Below are positions 27,259 to 37,567 of a stretch of 64,000 nt of DNA, in pieces. The stretch lies in IMG/VR virus record IMGVR_UViG_3300031344_000003, positions 38,815-102,814 of that record. One strand, given 5' to 3'. The notes beneath the pieces are model-generated. The model did not search any database. It worked only from the letters and a program-made list of their open reading frames with translations, and was not told the DNA's origin. Within the stretch, counting starts at the first letter, position 1. The number at the start of each line of letters is the position of its first letter. This DNA is from a virus. Taxonomy: Duplodnaviria; Heunggongvirae; Uroviricota; Caudoviricetes. Position numbers and translations under genes: made by a program.

Positions 27259-28064
27259 GGGTTAGGTTGGGCTTGTTGAGAGAGCAGATACGCGCCATTC
27301 TGACGGAGTCGCCCGCCTCAAACGCATTTGAGAAGCACGTTGCATCAGCCGTAAAGGCCGCCCTTTCTGGGACAGGTGCCAAGATTGAACACGCTGGCTC
27401 TTCTGAGTACTCTGACATCCGCATTGACATCCCGGGCATTGGGTCATCATTCCTCGAAGTGAAGCTGACGTCAGGTGACAACCTTGGCAACCCACGCCTG
27501 CAATACGATGGTAATCAGTGGATCGTTGCCGGCGACAGTGGTTCGCCGCTGGCAGCCTATGCAGTAGAGTTCATGAATGAGTCACCCGAAGCGCAGGCCT
27601 TCATCAATGACCTCAAGGCGTTCCTGAAGACTGACACCGTCAGGTTACAAGGCAAGAAGCCCGGGTCGGTAACGTTGCCGCAGATCAAGGCGTTCTTAGC
27701 CAAACGACCCAACAAGAACATCGCTGAGCTTGACAGCGTCGATGCCGCCGCGTTGGCCACACAGCACTATGCCGTCGCCAAGAAGGAACCTGCTCACTAC
27801 GTACAGGCAGGCGACGACTTCTACCTCATGGGTAGTGCAGATCCATTGGACTTGAACCTGGTCAACGATGGGCAGATCCCCGTCCTCAGGGGCATGGGTC
27901 GGCTGGCGGTTCGCATTGCCGATCGCAGCGCGCGCTATGAGGTACAAGTGTCAGTGAAGATGTGGAAGCACGATCCGAGCCCATTCTCGGCCATGCTGCC
28001 GACCTCTAAGGTCAATCCCTTCACTGCACTGGCTAAGTCACTGAAGGCCCGCAAGCGCGGCTAA
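27255..28064 (+). CDS. CTS-bearing protein with PD-(D/E)xK-like motif
   Basis: N-terminus MRVRLGLLREQIRAILTES. IRIDIPGIGSSFLEVKL fits D-x(n)-E-x-K. Confidence 0.4.
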   Translation: MRVRLGLLREQIRAILTESPASNAFEKHVASAVKAALSGTGAKIEHAGSSEYSDIRIDIPGIGSSFLEVKLTSGDNLGNPRLQYDGNQWIVAGDSGSPLAAYAVEFMNESPEAQAFINDLKAFLKTDTVRLQGKKPGSVTLPQIKAFLAKRPNKNIAELDSVDAAALATQHYAVAKKEPAHYVQAGDDFYLMGSADPLDLNLVNDGQIPVLRGMGRLAVRIADRSARYEVQVSVKMWKHDPSPFSAMLPTSKVNPFTALAKSLKARKRG

Positions 28065-28114
28065 GATCTGTACTTCACCGCACTATGTGGTAGACTGCTC
28101 TCGGAGGTGCAATC

Positions 28115-28930
28115 ATGCACTATCGAGACACCGTTTGGTACACCAGCGCGGTCATGGACTTGAATGCTGAGATTGAGGACCTTGAGGCCCAAAAGTCGCA
28201 GCTAGCCGGCATCAAGTCCAACCTGCGCACGAAGACACAAAAAAACGTCCTGTTGAGCGTCAAGAATCGCCTGAAGAAGAGGCATAAGTGGGCTCACAAG
28301 CTGGAGATGGGTGACCTATCGTACTTCAAGGCATACGAGCTAATCAGGATACTGGCGGAGCTTGAAGGTCGGTTGTGGTCACCTGCCGAATGCGCCACGT
28401 TGGGAGAACCGCGCGCATTGCACGAGGGCCCGGGCGAGAAGGCGATCAAGATGCGGTTGGGTCTAACGCTATCATCGTCTACTGGCAGAGACCTGCCCAA
28501 TGGCGAGATCAAGTGGCTCGACAATGGTAAAGGCTCATTACAGGCGATGCAGGTGTCGCTGTGCGGTCAGAAAGCATGGGGCGCCTTCATCTTTGAACAG
28601 GCGGAAGCGGGCCTGTTCAGGGGTCTTGACCCCACTGTCAGGCAGGCGCTCAAGGACGGTGAAGTGCCCAAAAGGATGATCGACGTGCTACCTCTCAACG
28701 TTCACCGTGAGCTATGCATGGCAGTCTTGCCGGCAAAGGTGCTGGCGGGTTACGGTGACATCTACTGTGCCTTCAATTTCGGTTACATCGTAGTGCCTGC
28801 CGATGACCTCAATGCCTGGCGTTTAACAGGCATCTCCAAGGGCCGACCACGCTATGCACTGAACATTGACTATGTCGTCATTAAGTTGCTGATCTCATCG
28901 TCCGAGCAGCAACTTGACGTAGTGGCGTAG
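28115..28930 (+). CDS. hypothetical protein
   Basis: ORF with GGAGG RBS. Confidence 0.4.
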   Translation: MHYRDTVWYTSAVMDLNAEIEDLEAQKSQLAGIKSNLRTKTQKNVLLSVKNRLKKRHKWAHKLEMGDLSYFKAYELIRILAELEGRLWSPAECATLGEPRALHEGPGEKAIKMRLGLTLSSSTGRDLPNGEIKWLDNGKGSLQAMQVSLCGQKAWGAFIFEQAEAGLFRGLDPTVRQALKDGEVPKRMIDVLPLNVHRELCMAVLPAKVLAGYGDIYCAFNFGYIVVPADDLNAWRLTGISKGRPRYALNIDYVVIKLLISSSEQQLDVVA

Positions 28931-29527
28931 CAGCGCCTCGGCGCGGGGCTTGCGAGCCCTGTCGGTCGTCTTGATGTCCTTGGGCGGGTCTTTCGCTCGG
29001 GCCGACAATACGTTCCACACTAGGTCGCGGTCGATGGCTTTGGGCAGGTGCTTGGTGAAGTTGGCCTTGTCACCCGCTCCGAGCCATTGCCGCATCTGGG
29101 TGCCCGACACGTTGACGGTCTGTGACCGCTCGATGGGCCGGAGTTTAATCTGCCCGTGGGCGAGAAGGTTGCCTGCATACTTGCTCAAGGTGGCGTAGTT
29201 GGCCTTCAGGTCGTCGGGGTCGGAGTAGATGTTGAAGGTGTCAGTGGAACCTGCTGTGTCGGCATCGCCCAATTCTTTGTAGACGTGGCCGATGGGTGAG
29301 CCACCGTAGGTGACGGTGACGTTGGCGGGTAGACTGGGCTCGATCGTCTCGTCCCACAGCTTCTTCATGTCGGCGCCGACGATGGGCACCTCACCCGGCC
29401 GCGCCCGATCGCTCAACGACACGTAGAGGTGCACTTCATCGTTGTTGCGCGCGGCGATGTTGACAAGGGCACTATGGCCAGCCTGCCAGGGCTTGAATGA
29501 TCCCGCGATGATGCCGATCTTTGCCAA
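28895..29527 (-). CDS. nucleotidyltransferase of the HxGH cytidylyl/adenylyltransferase family (NMNAT-like)
   Basis: N-terminus IGIIAGSFKPWQAGHSALV matches GxFxPxHxGH. Divergently arranged with the Nudix gene. Confidence 0.55.
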   Translation of the reverse strand: MAKIGIIAGSFKPWQAGHSALVNIAARNNDEVHLYVSLSDRARPGEVPIVGADMKKLWDETIEPSLPANVTVTYGGSPIGHVYKELGDADTAGSTDTFNIYSDPDDLKANYATLSKYAGNLLAHGQIKLRPIERSQTVNVSGTQMRQWLGAGDKANFTKHLPKAIDRDLVWNVLSARAKDPPKDIKTTDRARKPRAEALLRHYVKLLLGR

Positions 29528-29564
29528 GTGATAGTGTGCTCCTGTCCGTTATAAGGTAAGTACC

Positions 29565-30020
29565 ATGGACGACAAGAACAAGGTTCGCCGGAAGGCGACT
29601 TCATGTGGCGGTCTACCGTGGCGAGTTCACCTGGGTCGAGTGCAGGTGCTGTTAGTCAAGCAATTTTCACACAGTGACAACTGGGGCGTGCCTAAGGGTC
29701 ACCTCAAACCCGGTGAATCGCTGGAGGACTGCGCACGGCGAGAAATTCGTGAGGAGACTGGCATCGACGTTGGGCTGACCGAGCGCCTGCCTGACATCAC
29801 GACGGTGCACCGTGGTGAGGAAAAGACGGTGGTGCTGTGGCTAGCGCTGCCCACTGCCGACGTTGAACCCTATCACGACAACCCCGACAGTGAAGTCGCC
29901 GATGCGCGTTGGTTCAACATCGATGCACTGCCCATGATTCACAACTACCAGCGCACCATTGTCAAACACGGCATCGAGGCGATCAAAGTTGATCTCAACA
30001 GCTACGTGCCATCGCCGTGA
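29565..30020 (+). CDS. NUDIX hydrolase
   Basis: Nudix box GVPKGHLKPGESLEDCARREIREETGI. Confidence 0.75.
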   Translation: MDDKNKVRRKATSCGGLPWRVHLGRVQVLLVKQFSHSDNWGVPKGHLKPGESLEDCARREIREETGIDVGLTERLPDITTVHRGEEKTVVLWLALPTADVEPYHDNPDSEVADARWFNIDALPMIHNYQRTIVKHGIEAIKVDLNSYVPSP

Positions 30021-30259
30021 ACCTCGTTGACCTAAAACCCGGCAGCGTGTTTTACTGCCCACACGGTGCCACGATGTGGAGTAAATCTGCGGGGACCGGC
30101 GCATCAAAGGCGTTGGGTAGACTAAACACCCGCGAGCTGTGTTTAGTGGTGGCCTTGACCAAGGAGTCTGTGCTGATCGTGACGTCAGCACCGCGCGCGG
30201 TGTGGATCGACAAGATCAGTCAACACGGTGACAACGATCGCATCCGCAAGCTGTGGTGA
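30017..30259 (+). CDS. hypothetical small protein
   Basis: ATGA overlap. Confidence 0.3.
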   Translation: MNLVDLKPGSVFYCPHGATMWSKSAGTGASKALGRLNTRELCLVVALTKESVLIVTSAPRAVWIDKISQHGDNDRIRKLW

Positions 30260-30299
30260 TGTGCCTGTAACTTTGGTGTGCGTGGCATACTTATCAGCG

Positions 30300-31340
30300 A
30301 TGGCGTCCGACAAACTGCTACGTGAGTTCATCAGTGAGGTGGTGCTGCTCACTGAGGAGGGCGAAGGTGGGGGTGAATACGCTGACTTATCAATGGCAGA
30401 TGCTACGGGCAGTCCCTACGGCATGTCGTTCGGCTCCAACGACGACCTCTACAACACCTTCGTCAAACCCTTCACCGACGTGGTGGGCGTGGCCGCGGGC
30501 AAGACCAAGGCCCTGTCACAGAAGGGTCAAACCCTGGTACGCGTTGCCTTCGAGGCCGTGGCCACGACGCTGGTGCCCATCCTCCGCGACTCCTACGGCG
30601 AGATCTTCGAGAAGGAGAAAGAGGAACTCGACAAGATTCGTCGTGACTACCACGACGTCTTTCAGGCCACTTGGGATGCCTTCGAAGACCACGATGCGTT
30701 GCTGGCCGCATTCCTCCATGCGCCGGCGTCGTTCATCACGTCGCGATTGGCCAAGCAATCACCCAAGGTCGTCATCAAGATGATCAGCGTGCTGACGGGC
30801 GGCACCCTCGACACGTGGCTCGATAAGGTGAAGAACGCCTTCGGTGTCGAGGGTGGCCCATCAGGTGCCAACAAGCCGGTGCACGGTGGTGACAGTGGGC
30901 CCATGGAGAGCACCCTGCATGAGGATGGGGGTAACCACCCACCCATTGAGCAGGTGCTGACCAGCGACAAGGTGAGGGCCCGTGTCGCCGATGCGCCGGT
31001 GACCAAGAAGTTGCAGCAACGTGGGACGGAGATCACGCGCGGCACCCTGGAGAAGGTCTACAAGCAGGCCAAGGGGGTGTTGGGTGCCAAGTCGCTGGAG
31101 CAATTGCAACAGTTGGTGCATAGACCGCTCAAGGGCCTCGACAAGATGAAGGGCGTCCCACAACAGGAGCGTCAGGCGGCGGAACAGCAGATCTTGGCGG
31201 CGGCGAAAAAGTCGATGCGTGAATTCTACACGAAAAACCTCGAGGGTCAGGTGAAGCAGGCGCTCGACCAGGGAGTGCCCGACGACTCGCCTTATATCAG
31301 TGACTACCGGCGCGTCATCAGCAAAATCAAAGCACTGTGA
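30300..31340 (+). CDS. CTS-bearing protein (346 aa)
   Basis: N-terminus MASDKLLREFISEVV parallels 43602 (VASDRDLLRQLIREVL). Confidence 0.45.
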   Translation: MASDKLLREFISEVVLLTEEGEGGGEYADLSMADATGSPYGMSFGSNDDLYNTFVKPFTDVVGVAAGKTKALSQKGQTLVRVAFEAVATTLVPILRDSYGEIFEKEKEELDKIRRDYHDVFQATWDAFEDHDALLAAFLHAPASFITSRLAKQSPKVVIKMISVLTGGTLDTWLDKVKNAFGVEGGPSGANKPVHGGDSGPMESTLHEDGGNHPPIEQVLTSDKVRARVADAPVTKKLQQRGTEITRGTLEKVYKQAKGVLGAKSLEQLQQLVHRPLKGLDKMKGVPQQERQAAEQQILAAAKKSMREFYTKNLEGQVKQALDQGVPDDSPYISDYRRVISKIKAL

Positions 31341-31370
31341 TCGGTGTAGGATTACCTGAGGAGCACTCAC

Positions 31371-31691
31371 ATGGGCAATTGGACGATCGTGATCAAGGGC
31401 GTGGGCTGTCATCACAACATGGACTACCTGGGCGACGCCGACCGCATGGCCGCCGAGTTCGTCAAGGCGCTGCGCAATGCGGGTCACAGCGTCTCGCACG
31501 CGGCAATCACCCACGGTGGTGAGACCGACCTGTCACAGCCCACTGTCTACATCGACAATCAATCGACCAACAAGGGACCGCGGTGTGACAAGGAACTGCA
31601 CCACACTGATGGTACAAAGCCCGAGCACTGTCGGTTGGTCGTGGCCCATGAGGGCGTCTGTCTCCCGCCGGTGAAGTGGGAGACGCTCTGA
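31371..31691 (+). CDS. hypothetical Cys/His-rich protein
   Basis: GGAGCA RBS. A 7-bp inverted repeat lies in the gene's 3' end. Confidence 0.4.
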   Translation: MGNWTIVIKGVGCHHNMDYLGDADRMAAEFVKALRNAGHSVSHAAITHGGETDLSQPTVYIDNQSTNKGPRCDKELHHTDGTKPEHCRLVVAHEGVCLPPVKWETL

Positions 31692-31729
31692 TAGAGTGAC
31701 CAAGTGTGCGGTGACGGTATAGAGTGACC
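31691..31729 (+). promoter_or_regulatory. direct repeat ATAGAGTGACC x2 (31691-31701, 31719-31729) immediately upstream of ATG 31732
   Basis: Seen directly in the sequence. Related TAGAGTG(TTG) motifs precede genes at 48635 and 63445, and GATAGAGTAG at about 37552. Confidence 0.3.
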
Positions 31730-31731
31730 GC

Positions 31732-32013
31732 ATGGCAAAGACAGCACCCGCAAAAGCAGTCGCAGAGATGATGCCCGACGAGATCACCGCCTTGCGCGCC
31801 GTGGTCAACGACTTCATGGGCCAAGTGAGTTCGATCGACAACGAGATTGAGACCCTGAAGGGGGATCGCAAAGAAGTCATCGAGTCCTTCAAAGACAAGC
31901 TCGATATGAAGACGTTGCAGACTGCGCTGAAGGTCATCAAGCTCCAGAACAGCATTGCGCACAAGGATGCCTATGACTTGTTCATGGAAGTCCTCGGCGA
32001 TCCGGCCCAATGA
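31732..32013 (+). CDS. hypothetical protein
   Basis: ORF only. Confidence 0.4.
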   Translation: MAKTAPAKAVAEMMPDEITALRAVVNDFMGQVSSIDNEIETLKGDRKEVIESFKDKLDMKTLQTALKVIKLQNSIAHKDAYDLFMEVLGDPAQ

Positions 32014-32222
32014 ACCGCGGCACCGCCTGCAATGACTGCATCAGGTGTGCAGAGATCAAGGTCGCCGCACGTGGGGTGCGCGCCACTCTTCTTGAACCTG
32101 AGTTGAATCGCATGTTCCTGTGTCCGACGTGTGGCAACAAGCGGTGTCCCAAGGCAACCTACCACGACAACAAGTGCACCGGCTCCAATGCGCCCGGACA
32201 GGAAGGCAGCGACTACAAATGA
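32010..32222 (+). CDS. small Cys-rich zinc-ribbon protein
   Basis: CNDCIRC...CPTCGNKRC. ATGA coupled on both sides. Confidence 0.35.
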   Translation: MNRGTACNDCIRCAEIKVAARGVRATLLEPELNRMFLCPTCGNKRCPKATYHDNKCTGSNAPGQEGSDYK

Positions 32223-33754
32223 GTGCCGATATTGAGTGGGATAAATCGGTGATCTTGAACGCTGACAATGAACATCTCCTTGCTTTGCCAGTCATGTCGT
32301 TCATCAAGGGATTGGTCGAGCGGTACGGCGCTAGCGTTGACACGTGTCTCGATGCCCGCAAGCACCGCAGCATCGTTGACTGCGACTTCGCTCGTTCACC
32401 CGAGGAGCTCGACTCATCATGGCGTGCGGCACCCCCACCTGCCGACCTCATCGATCGCCGCGTCGAGATCACCGGGCCGCCCACCCGCAAGGGCGTCATC
32501 AATGCTCTCAATTCGGGCGCTGACGTCTTCATGGCCGACTTTGAGGACTCATGCTCACCGACGTGGGACAACCTGATCAGTGGTCAGGTCAATCTCTTCA
32601 ATGCCGTTCGTCGCACCATTACCTACGACGATCCTACGACGGGCAAACACTACTCGCTCAATGACAAGCCAGCGGTGTTGATGGTCAGGCCCCGGGGCTG
32701 GCACCTCAAGGAGAAGCACGTCAGGCTCGATGGCAAGCCCGTGCCTGCGGCCCTGGTCGACTTCGGTCTCTATGTCTTCAACAATGCACACGAACTGTTG
32801 TCACGTGGGTCAGGCCCGTATCTGTACCTGCCCAAGATGGAGAGTCACCACGAGGCGAAGCTGTGGGACGATGTCTGTTCCTACGCAGAGCAGGTACTCA
32901 ACCTGCCCATGGGCGCCATTCGCACGACGTGCCTGATCGAGACGCTGCCTGCCGCCTTCTGTATGGACCGCATCATCTACGCCCTCCGCGACCGCATCGT
33001 GGGCCTCAACTGCGGGCGCTGGGACTACATCTTCTCCTTCATCAAGAAGCGCCACGATGACCCGAGCGCGGTGTTACCCGATCGCTCGCTGTTGACGATG
33101 GACAAGGCATTCCTCAACGCCTACGATGAGCTGTTGGTGCAGACGTGCCACAAGCGCGGCATCCACGCGATGGGCGGCATGGCGGCGCAGATCCCGATCA
33201 AGGGCAATGCCGAGGCCAATGACGTCGCCATGGAGAAGGTACACACCGACAAGTTGCGTGAAGCAGCGATGGGCCACGACGGCACTTGGGTCGCCCACCC
33301 GGGTCTGATCCAGATCGCTCGTGAGGCCTTCAAGGACTGCGGGCCCAATCAGATCGATCGGCCACGCACCAATCGACCCATCACTCGCGACGAGCTGTTG
33401 TTGGTGCCGTCAGGTCCCTGCACCGAGGAAGGCCTGCGCCACAACATCAGGGTTGGCATCCAATACCTCGAGGCGTGGTTGAGCGGCAATGGCTGCGTGC
33501 CCCTGTACAACCTGATGGAGGACGCGGCGACGGCCGAGATCTCACGTGCCCAAATATGGCAGCAACTACACCACGGTGCGATCGTCGGCGGGCGCCCACT
33601 GACCTACGTCAGGTTGGCGGACATCATCAGCCAAGAAACAATGCCACTGGTGGGCGCGCGGATCGACGATGCGATCAGGTTGTTCATGAAGGTTGCATGC
33701 GACCCGCACGAGTTCACCGACTTTCTGACGCTGCCCGCCTACGACATGCTGTAA
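32219..33754 (+). CDS. aceB: malate synthase A
   Basis: EITGPPTRKGVINALNSGADVFMADFEDS..PTWDNLISGQVNL, GRWDYIFSFIKK and other signature blocks. Confidence 0.9.
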   Translation: MSADIEWDKSVILNADNEHLLALPVMSFIKGLVERYGASVDTCLDARKHRSIVDCDFARSPEELDSSWRAAPPPADLIDRRVEITGPPTRKGVINALNSGADVFMADFEDSCSPTWDNLISGQVNLFNAVRRTITYDDPTTGKHYSLNDKPAVLMVRPRGWHLKEKHVRLDGKPVPAALVDFGLYVFNNAHELLSRGSGPYLYLPKMESHHEAKLWDDVCSYAEQVLNLPMGAIRTTCLIETLPAAFCMDRIIYALRDRIVGLNCGRWDYIFSFIKKRHDDPSAVLPDRSLLTMDKAFLNAYDELLVQTCHKRGIHAMGGMAAQIPIKGNAEANDVAMEKVHTDKLREAAMGHDGTWVAHPGLIQIAREAFKDCGPNQIDRPRTNRPITRDELLLVPSGPCTEEGLRHNIRVGIQYLEAWLSGNGCVPLYNLMEDAATAEISRAQIWQQLHHGAIVGGRPLTYVRLADIISQETMPLVGARIDDAIRLFMKVACDPHEFTDFLTLPAYDML

Positions 33755-33769
33755 ACAGAGAGGTGCGAC

Positions 33770-35152
33770 ATGGATGACATCAAACGACCCTACACTCCCG
33801 CTGACGTCAAGCGCCTGCAGGGCCGCACCCGAATCGTACACTCGCTGGCCGAGAATGGTGCCGGTCGATTACGTGCTATGATGGTGAACCAATCCGTGCG
33901 GGCGTTGGGAGCGCAGACTGGCAACCAAGCGGTGCAGATGGTCAAGGCAGGATTGAAAGCCATATATGCGTCAGGTTGGCAAGTTGCCGCCGACGCCAAC
34001 ACGTCAGGCCAGACCTACCCAGATCAGTCACTGTACCCCGTCGACAGCGTGCCCACCCTGGTCAGGCGCATCAACAATGCACTGCTCCGTGCCGAGCAGA
34101 TCGATGCGATGGAAGAGGCAGATGGCCAACGCAGCGAGAATCATCGTCACTGGTTAGCGCCCATCGTTGCAGATGCTGAGGCAGGCTTTGGCGGTCACCT
34201 CAACACCTATGAACTTGTCAAGGCGTTGATCGAGGCCGGTGCGGCAGGCATTCACCTCGAGGATCAGCTGTCGAGCGCGAAAAAATGCGGGCATTTAAAT
34301 GGGAAAGTGCTCATCCCGACGTCTCAAGCGATCAACAACCTCGTCGCCGCCCGCCTCGCTGCCGACGTGCTCGAGGTGCCGACGGTCATCATTGCTCGCA
34401 CCGATGCACTGAGTGCGCAATTGATAACCAGTGATATTGACGAACGAGATCGCCAGTTCGTTGCACCAACTAGTCGCACTTCGGAAGGTTTCTACCACCT
34501 GACGGGCGATCCCATGCAGCGGACGATCGCTCGTGGCCTCGCCTATGCGCCCTACGCCGACCTGCTGTGGTTCGAGACGTCAACGCCCGATTTGGCGCAA
34601 GCCAAGCAATTCGCTGAGGCGATCCACGCACAGTTCCCGGGCAAGCAGTTGGCCTTCAATTGTTCGCCGTCGTTCAAGTGGCGCAAGCACCTGACGGACG
34701 ATCAGATCGCCTCGTTTCAGGATGACCTACACGCGATGGGTTATGTCTTCCTCTTTGTAACCCTCGCGGGTTGGCACGCCAATGCCAGCAGCGTCTTCGA
34801 ACTGGCGCTCGATTATCACCAGCGTGGCATGGGTGCCTACGTCAAGTTGCAGGATCGGGAATTCACGCTCGAACAAGCGGGCTACACCGCCGTCAAGCAC
34901 CAGCGCGAAGCCGGCACCTCATACTTCGACGCGATCGTTAGTGTCATCACCGGCGGTACTTCGTCGACGTTAGCGATGAAGGGCTCGACTGAGGCCGAGC
35001 AGTTCTCTGAACATGCAACCCCGTACGGGGTAGGATTACCCTATGGCGAAGAAGTCGAAGAAGAAGCGGGAAAAGACGGTGGTGTGCACGGATGTCGGGC
35101 AAGCGAAGTTCGCGCCCCAGCAGACGTACGCCCTGACGCTGACCCGGTTTGA
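33770..35152 (+). CDS. aceA: isocitrate lyase (C-terminal extent uncertain)
   Basis: [11 protein letters not shown] signature, IARTDA, GFGG. The last 50 aa are atypical and overlap ORF 35043. Confidence 0.85.
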   Translation: MDDIKRPYTPADVKRLQGRTRIVHSLAENGAGRLRAMMVNQSVRALGAQTGNQAVQMVKAGLKAIYASGWQVAADANTSGQTYPDQSLYPVDSVPTLVRRINNALLRAEQIDAMEEADGQRSENHRHWLAPIVADAEAGFGGHLNTYELVKALIEAGAAGIHLEDQLSSAKKCGHLNGKVLIPTSQAINNLVAARLAADVLEVPTVIIARTDALSAQLITSDIDERDRQFVAPTSRTSEGFYHLTGDPMQRTIARGLAYAPYADLLWFETSTPDLAQAKQFAEAIHAQFPGKQLAFNCSPSFKWRKHLTDDQIASFQDDLHAMGYVFLFVTLAGWHANASSVFELALDYHQRGMGAYVKLQDREFTLEQAGYTAVKHQREAGTSYFDAIVSVITGGTSSTLAMKGSTEAEQFSEHATPYGVGLPYGEEVEEEAGKDGGVHGCRASEVRAPADVRPDADPV

Positions 35153-35561
35153 GGTCCTCCACCTACGCGACCTGTTTAGCATCACGTTGCCCACCGACGT
35201 CAAGCAGACGGTGAGCCAGGGATTGGCCGCCGTCGAGGATCGAGAGATCGTCGAAGCCAAGCTGTGGCGCAAGGTCGCCACCTTGTGTCAAGCGGCGGCA
35301 GTGCCGACTGACGATGCGGCCCCTGACTTCGTCTGCGCGGCGTCGCAGGCACCCCCGGTCGGCGTCTTCAGGCTGGCGCACGATCCGCAGGAGGGTCAGG
35401 AGAATCAGTCACCAACCGGGAGCGTGTTGGATAACATCGTGACCGGTGATGAGAACGTTGATGATCCGGGTGACGACGACCCGTTCATGGGCGCCACGCC
35501 GTCATGGCCCACCGGTGAACCGATCGGACAACGTACACCAAAGAAGGCGAAGCAGCCGTGA
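35043..35561 (+). CDS. hypothetical protein overlapping the isocitrate lyase 3' end by about 110 nt
   Basis: ORF begins [11 protein letters not shown]. The large overlap could instead mean a frameshift in aceA. Confidence 0.25.
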   Translation: MAKKSKKKREKTVVCTDVGQAKFAPQQTYALTLTRFEVLHLRDLFSITLPTDVKQTVSQGLAAVEDREIVEAKLWRKVATLCQAAAVPTDDAAPDFVCAASQAPPVGVFRLAHDPQEGQENQSPTGSVLDNIVTGDENVDDPGDDDPFMGATPSWPTGEPIGQRTPKKAKQP

Positions 35562-36076
35562 CCGCCTACAAGATCGGCCAGCTGATCTATGTGGTTCTTC
35601 GTGGCCAGAACACGGTGTACCCGATGATGATCACCGAGGTCATCAGCAAGCAGACGATGGAAGGTGACAGCATCACCTACATGGTCGCCGGGGGTTCAGG
35701 TACGGGCGCGCAGGTACTGCCGATCGACAAGGTAGACGGTGAGATCTTCACGTCGGCGGCCGAAGTCAAGCGGATGTTACTCGAGCGGGCGACCAACGGC
35801 ATCAACCAGCTGGTCAACAACGCCGTCACTAAGGCGAAGGAGTGGTACCCGACTGCAACAGAAGCGACGACTGAGGGGTGGAAGTCCAATACTGAACCTC
35901 CTCACAAGAGCATCCATGCGCCTGGGCCGCAGATCAAGGCGCGAGGTGCCAAGTCGACCAAGGCGCGCGAAGAAGTGCCGCCCGTGACTGAAGAATTACC
36001 CGTCGATGGTGATGGCGTCACAGTGCAGATGCCCGACGGCACTGTCGCCCGCGTCAAGCTACCCGCCTCGATGTGA
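35558..36076 (+). CDS. hypothetical protein
   Basis: ATGA-type coupling. Confidence 0.4.
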   Translation: MTAYKIGQLIYVVLRGQNTVYPMMITEVISKQTMEGDSITYMVAGGSGTGAQVLPIDKVDGEIFTSAAEVKRMLLERATNGINQLVNNAVTKAKEWYPTATEATTEGWKSNTEPPHKSIHAPGPQIKARGAKSTKAREEVPPVTEELPVDGDGVTVQMPDGTVARVKLPASM

Positions 36077-36097
36077 TGGGAGCCGATAGTTAGCTAC

Positions 36098-36418
36098 ATG
36101 AAGACGACAGTGGGCAAGTTGAAGCAGTTCATCACAGAAGCGATGGACATTCCGCAGTTCAAGTCGATCAAGGGGTTGTCACGCTTTGTACACAACAAAC
36201 ATGCACACGGTACCGTGGTGACTCGGGAAGCGATCGCCTTCACCAATCCTCCTCCCGAAGCAGTCAGGTTCACCGTCGGCGCTGGTTATTTGGTCGGTTG
36301 GAACACTGATGACCCACGACAACGTAACATTGATTGGGAGCTCCACATCAATGAGCCGGGTGGGTTTACCGATGGACCACCTTGGGAATACAAGTGGGTG
36401 AAAGTGGGGACGGGATGA
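36098..36418 (+). CDS. small CTS-bearing protein
   Basis: N-terminus MKTTVGKLKQFITEA is strikingly like T4 IPIII MKTYQEFIAEA. Confidence 0.45.
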   Translation: MKTTVGKLKQFITEAMDIPQFKSIKGLSRFVHNKHAHGTVVTREAIAFTNPPPEAVRFTVGAGYLVGWNTDDPRQRNIDWELHINEPGGFTDGPPWEYKWVKVGTG

Positions 36419-36678
36419 AGACGACAGTCGGCAAGCTTCGTAACCTCTGTGCTGAGGCGGTCTCGGCGCACCCCGACTACTTGAAAAAGGAAGCGCTGCG
36501 TGAGGCCCTCCAACAAATCATCACCACGTCGGTAGCATCAGGTGATGTAGCGACCCAAGAAAGGCTCGATGGCCTCTTCGGCGACCTATCGATGGCACTG
36601 AACGCCTTGAAAGGCGTTCCCTTTGACGTGTGGGTGAAGATGGCGACGAAAGCGACGAAGGTGAGGAAGTCCCGTTGA
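36415..36678 (+). CDS. small CTS-bearing protein (tandem paralog of 36098)
   Basis: N-terminus MKTTVGKLRNLCAEA. The first roughly 20 nt are identical to 36098. Confidence 0.45.
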   Translation: MKTTVGKLRNLCAEAVSAHPDYLKKEALREALQQIITTSVASGDVATQERLDGLFGDLSMALNALKGVPFDVWVKMATKATKVRKSR

Positions 36679-37061
36679 GTGATAACACGACGCCGGCGAC
36701 GACGCTCTTCTACGTGTGGTTGACGACCTTCGACACCAGCTATGTCGATCAACTGTGCCTCAAGCTGATCAAACGTGGCTTTGTGGTGGGGGCGATGGGC
36801 CGCAAGTTGTTCACTGAACACGAAGATAATGCCGTCAGCGTCGTTGCGTTGTCGATCCACCGTCATCCGGTGAGTGAAGAAGAGAAACGAGACTACACCG
36901 CGACGGGTATCCACGCCGAGATCACCGACGTGTTGCGGACACTGAAGGCCAAGTGGGCCAGCATGGTGGTGTCAGTCACCGCAGGCTGCACGTGGAACAT
37001 CGGTAATGTTCGGGTGACTGCCGCCGAACGCGCCGTCGAATTGACCAAGAAGTTGAACTGA
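36630..37061 (+). CDS. hypothetical protein (start uncertain; a TTG at 36675 would give TTGA coupling)
   Basis: ORF only. Confidence 0.3.
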   Translation: MGEDGDESDEGEEVPLSDNTTPATTLFYVWLTTFDTSYVDQLCLKLIKRGFVVGAMGRKLFTEHEDNAVSVVALSIHRHPVSEEEKRDYTATGIHAEITDVLRTLKAKWASMVVSVTAGCTWNIGNVRVTAAERAVELTKKLN

Positions 37062-37063
37062 AC

Positions 37064-37480
37064 ATGCGTGACGCGGGTTGGCTGGTGCTGGCGATCGTGG
37101 GTTGGGGTTGTTGGCCCGTCACCCAGGCGCTGGCGACTCGCTACATGCACCCGTTGTCAGTGCAGTTGACCAACGTTTGCATCTGTGGCGCGCTGGCGCC
37201 CATCCTCTACGTGTGGATGCGATCGAACGCTCAAGTGGGCAGCTTCAACGTGCCCGGGGTGTTGTGGACGCTGGCGTCGACAGTGCTAGCGGGCATGGCG
37301 GGCCTCGGCTTTCTGTTCGCCACCAAGCAACGACCCGCCAGTGAAGTGCTGTCGTACACTCAAGTCTACCCGGCCCTATCATTCATCATGTGTTGGGTGA
37401 CACTGGGCGAGACGTTCACACTGGTGAAGGTCATCGGCGCGGTGCTGTTGGTCGCCGGTTGCGTCGTCATGAACCAGTGA
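37064..37480 (+). CDS. small 4-TM membrane protein (EamA/SMR-like transporter fold)
   Basis: Four hydrophobic helices in 138 aa. Confidence 0.45.
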   Translation: MRDAGWLVLAIVGWGCWPVTQALATRYMHPLSVQLTNVCICGALAPILYVWMRSNAQVGSFNVPGVLWTLASTVLAGMAGLGFLFATKQRPASEVLSYTQVYPALSFIMCWVTLGETFTLVKVIGAVLLVAGCVVMNQ

Positions 37481-37567
37481 GGGTGCAAAAGTGCGGTGGT
37501 GTGAGGTAGGATGGTCACATGGCATTATTGTTCACCAGCTGCCGACGGTGTGATAGAGTAGTACTCG

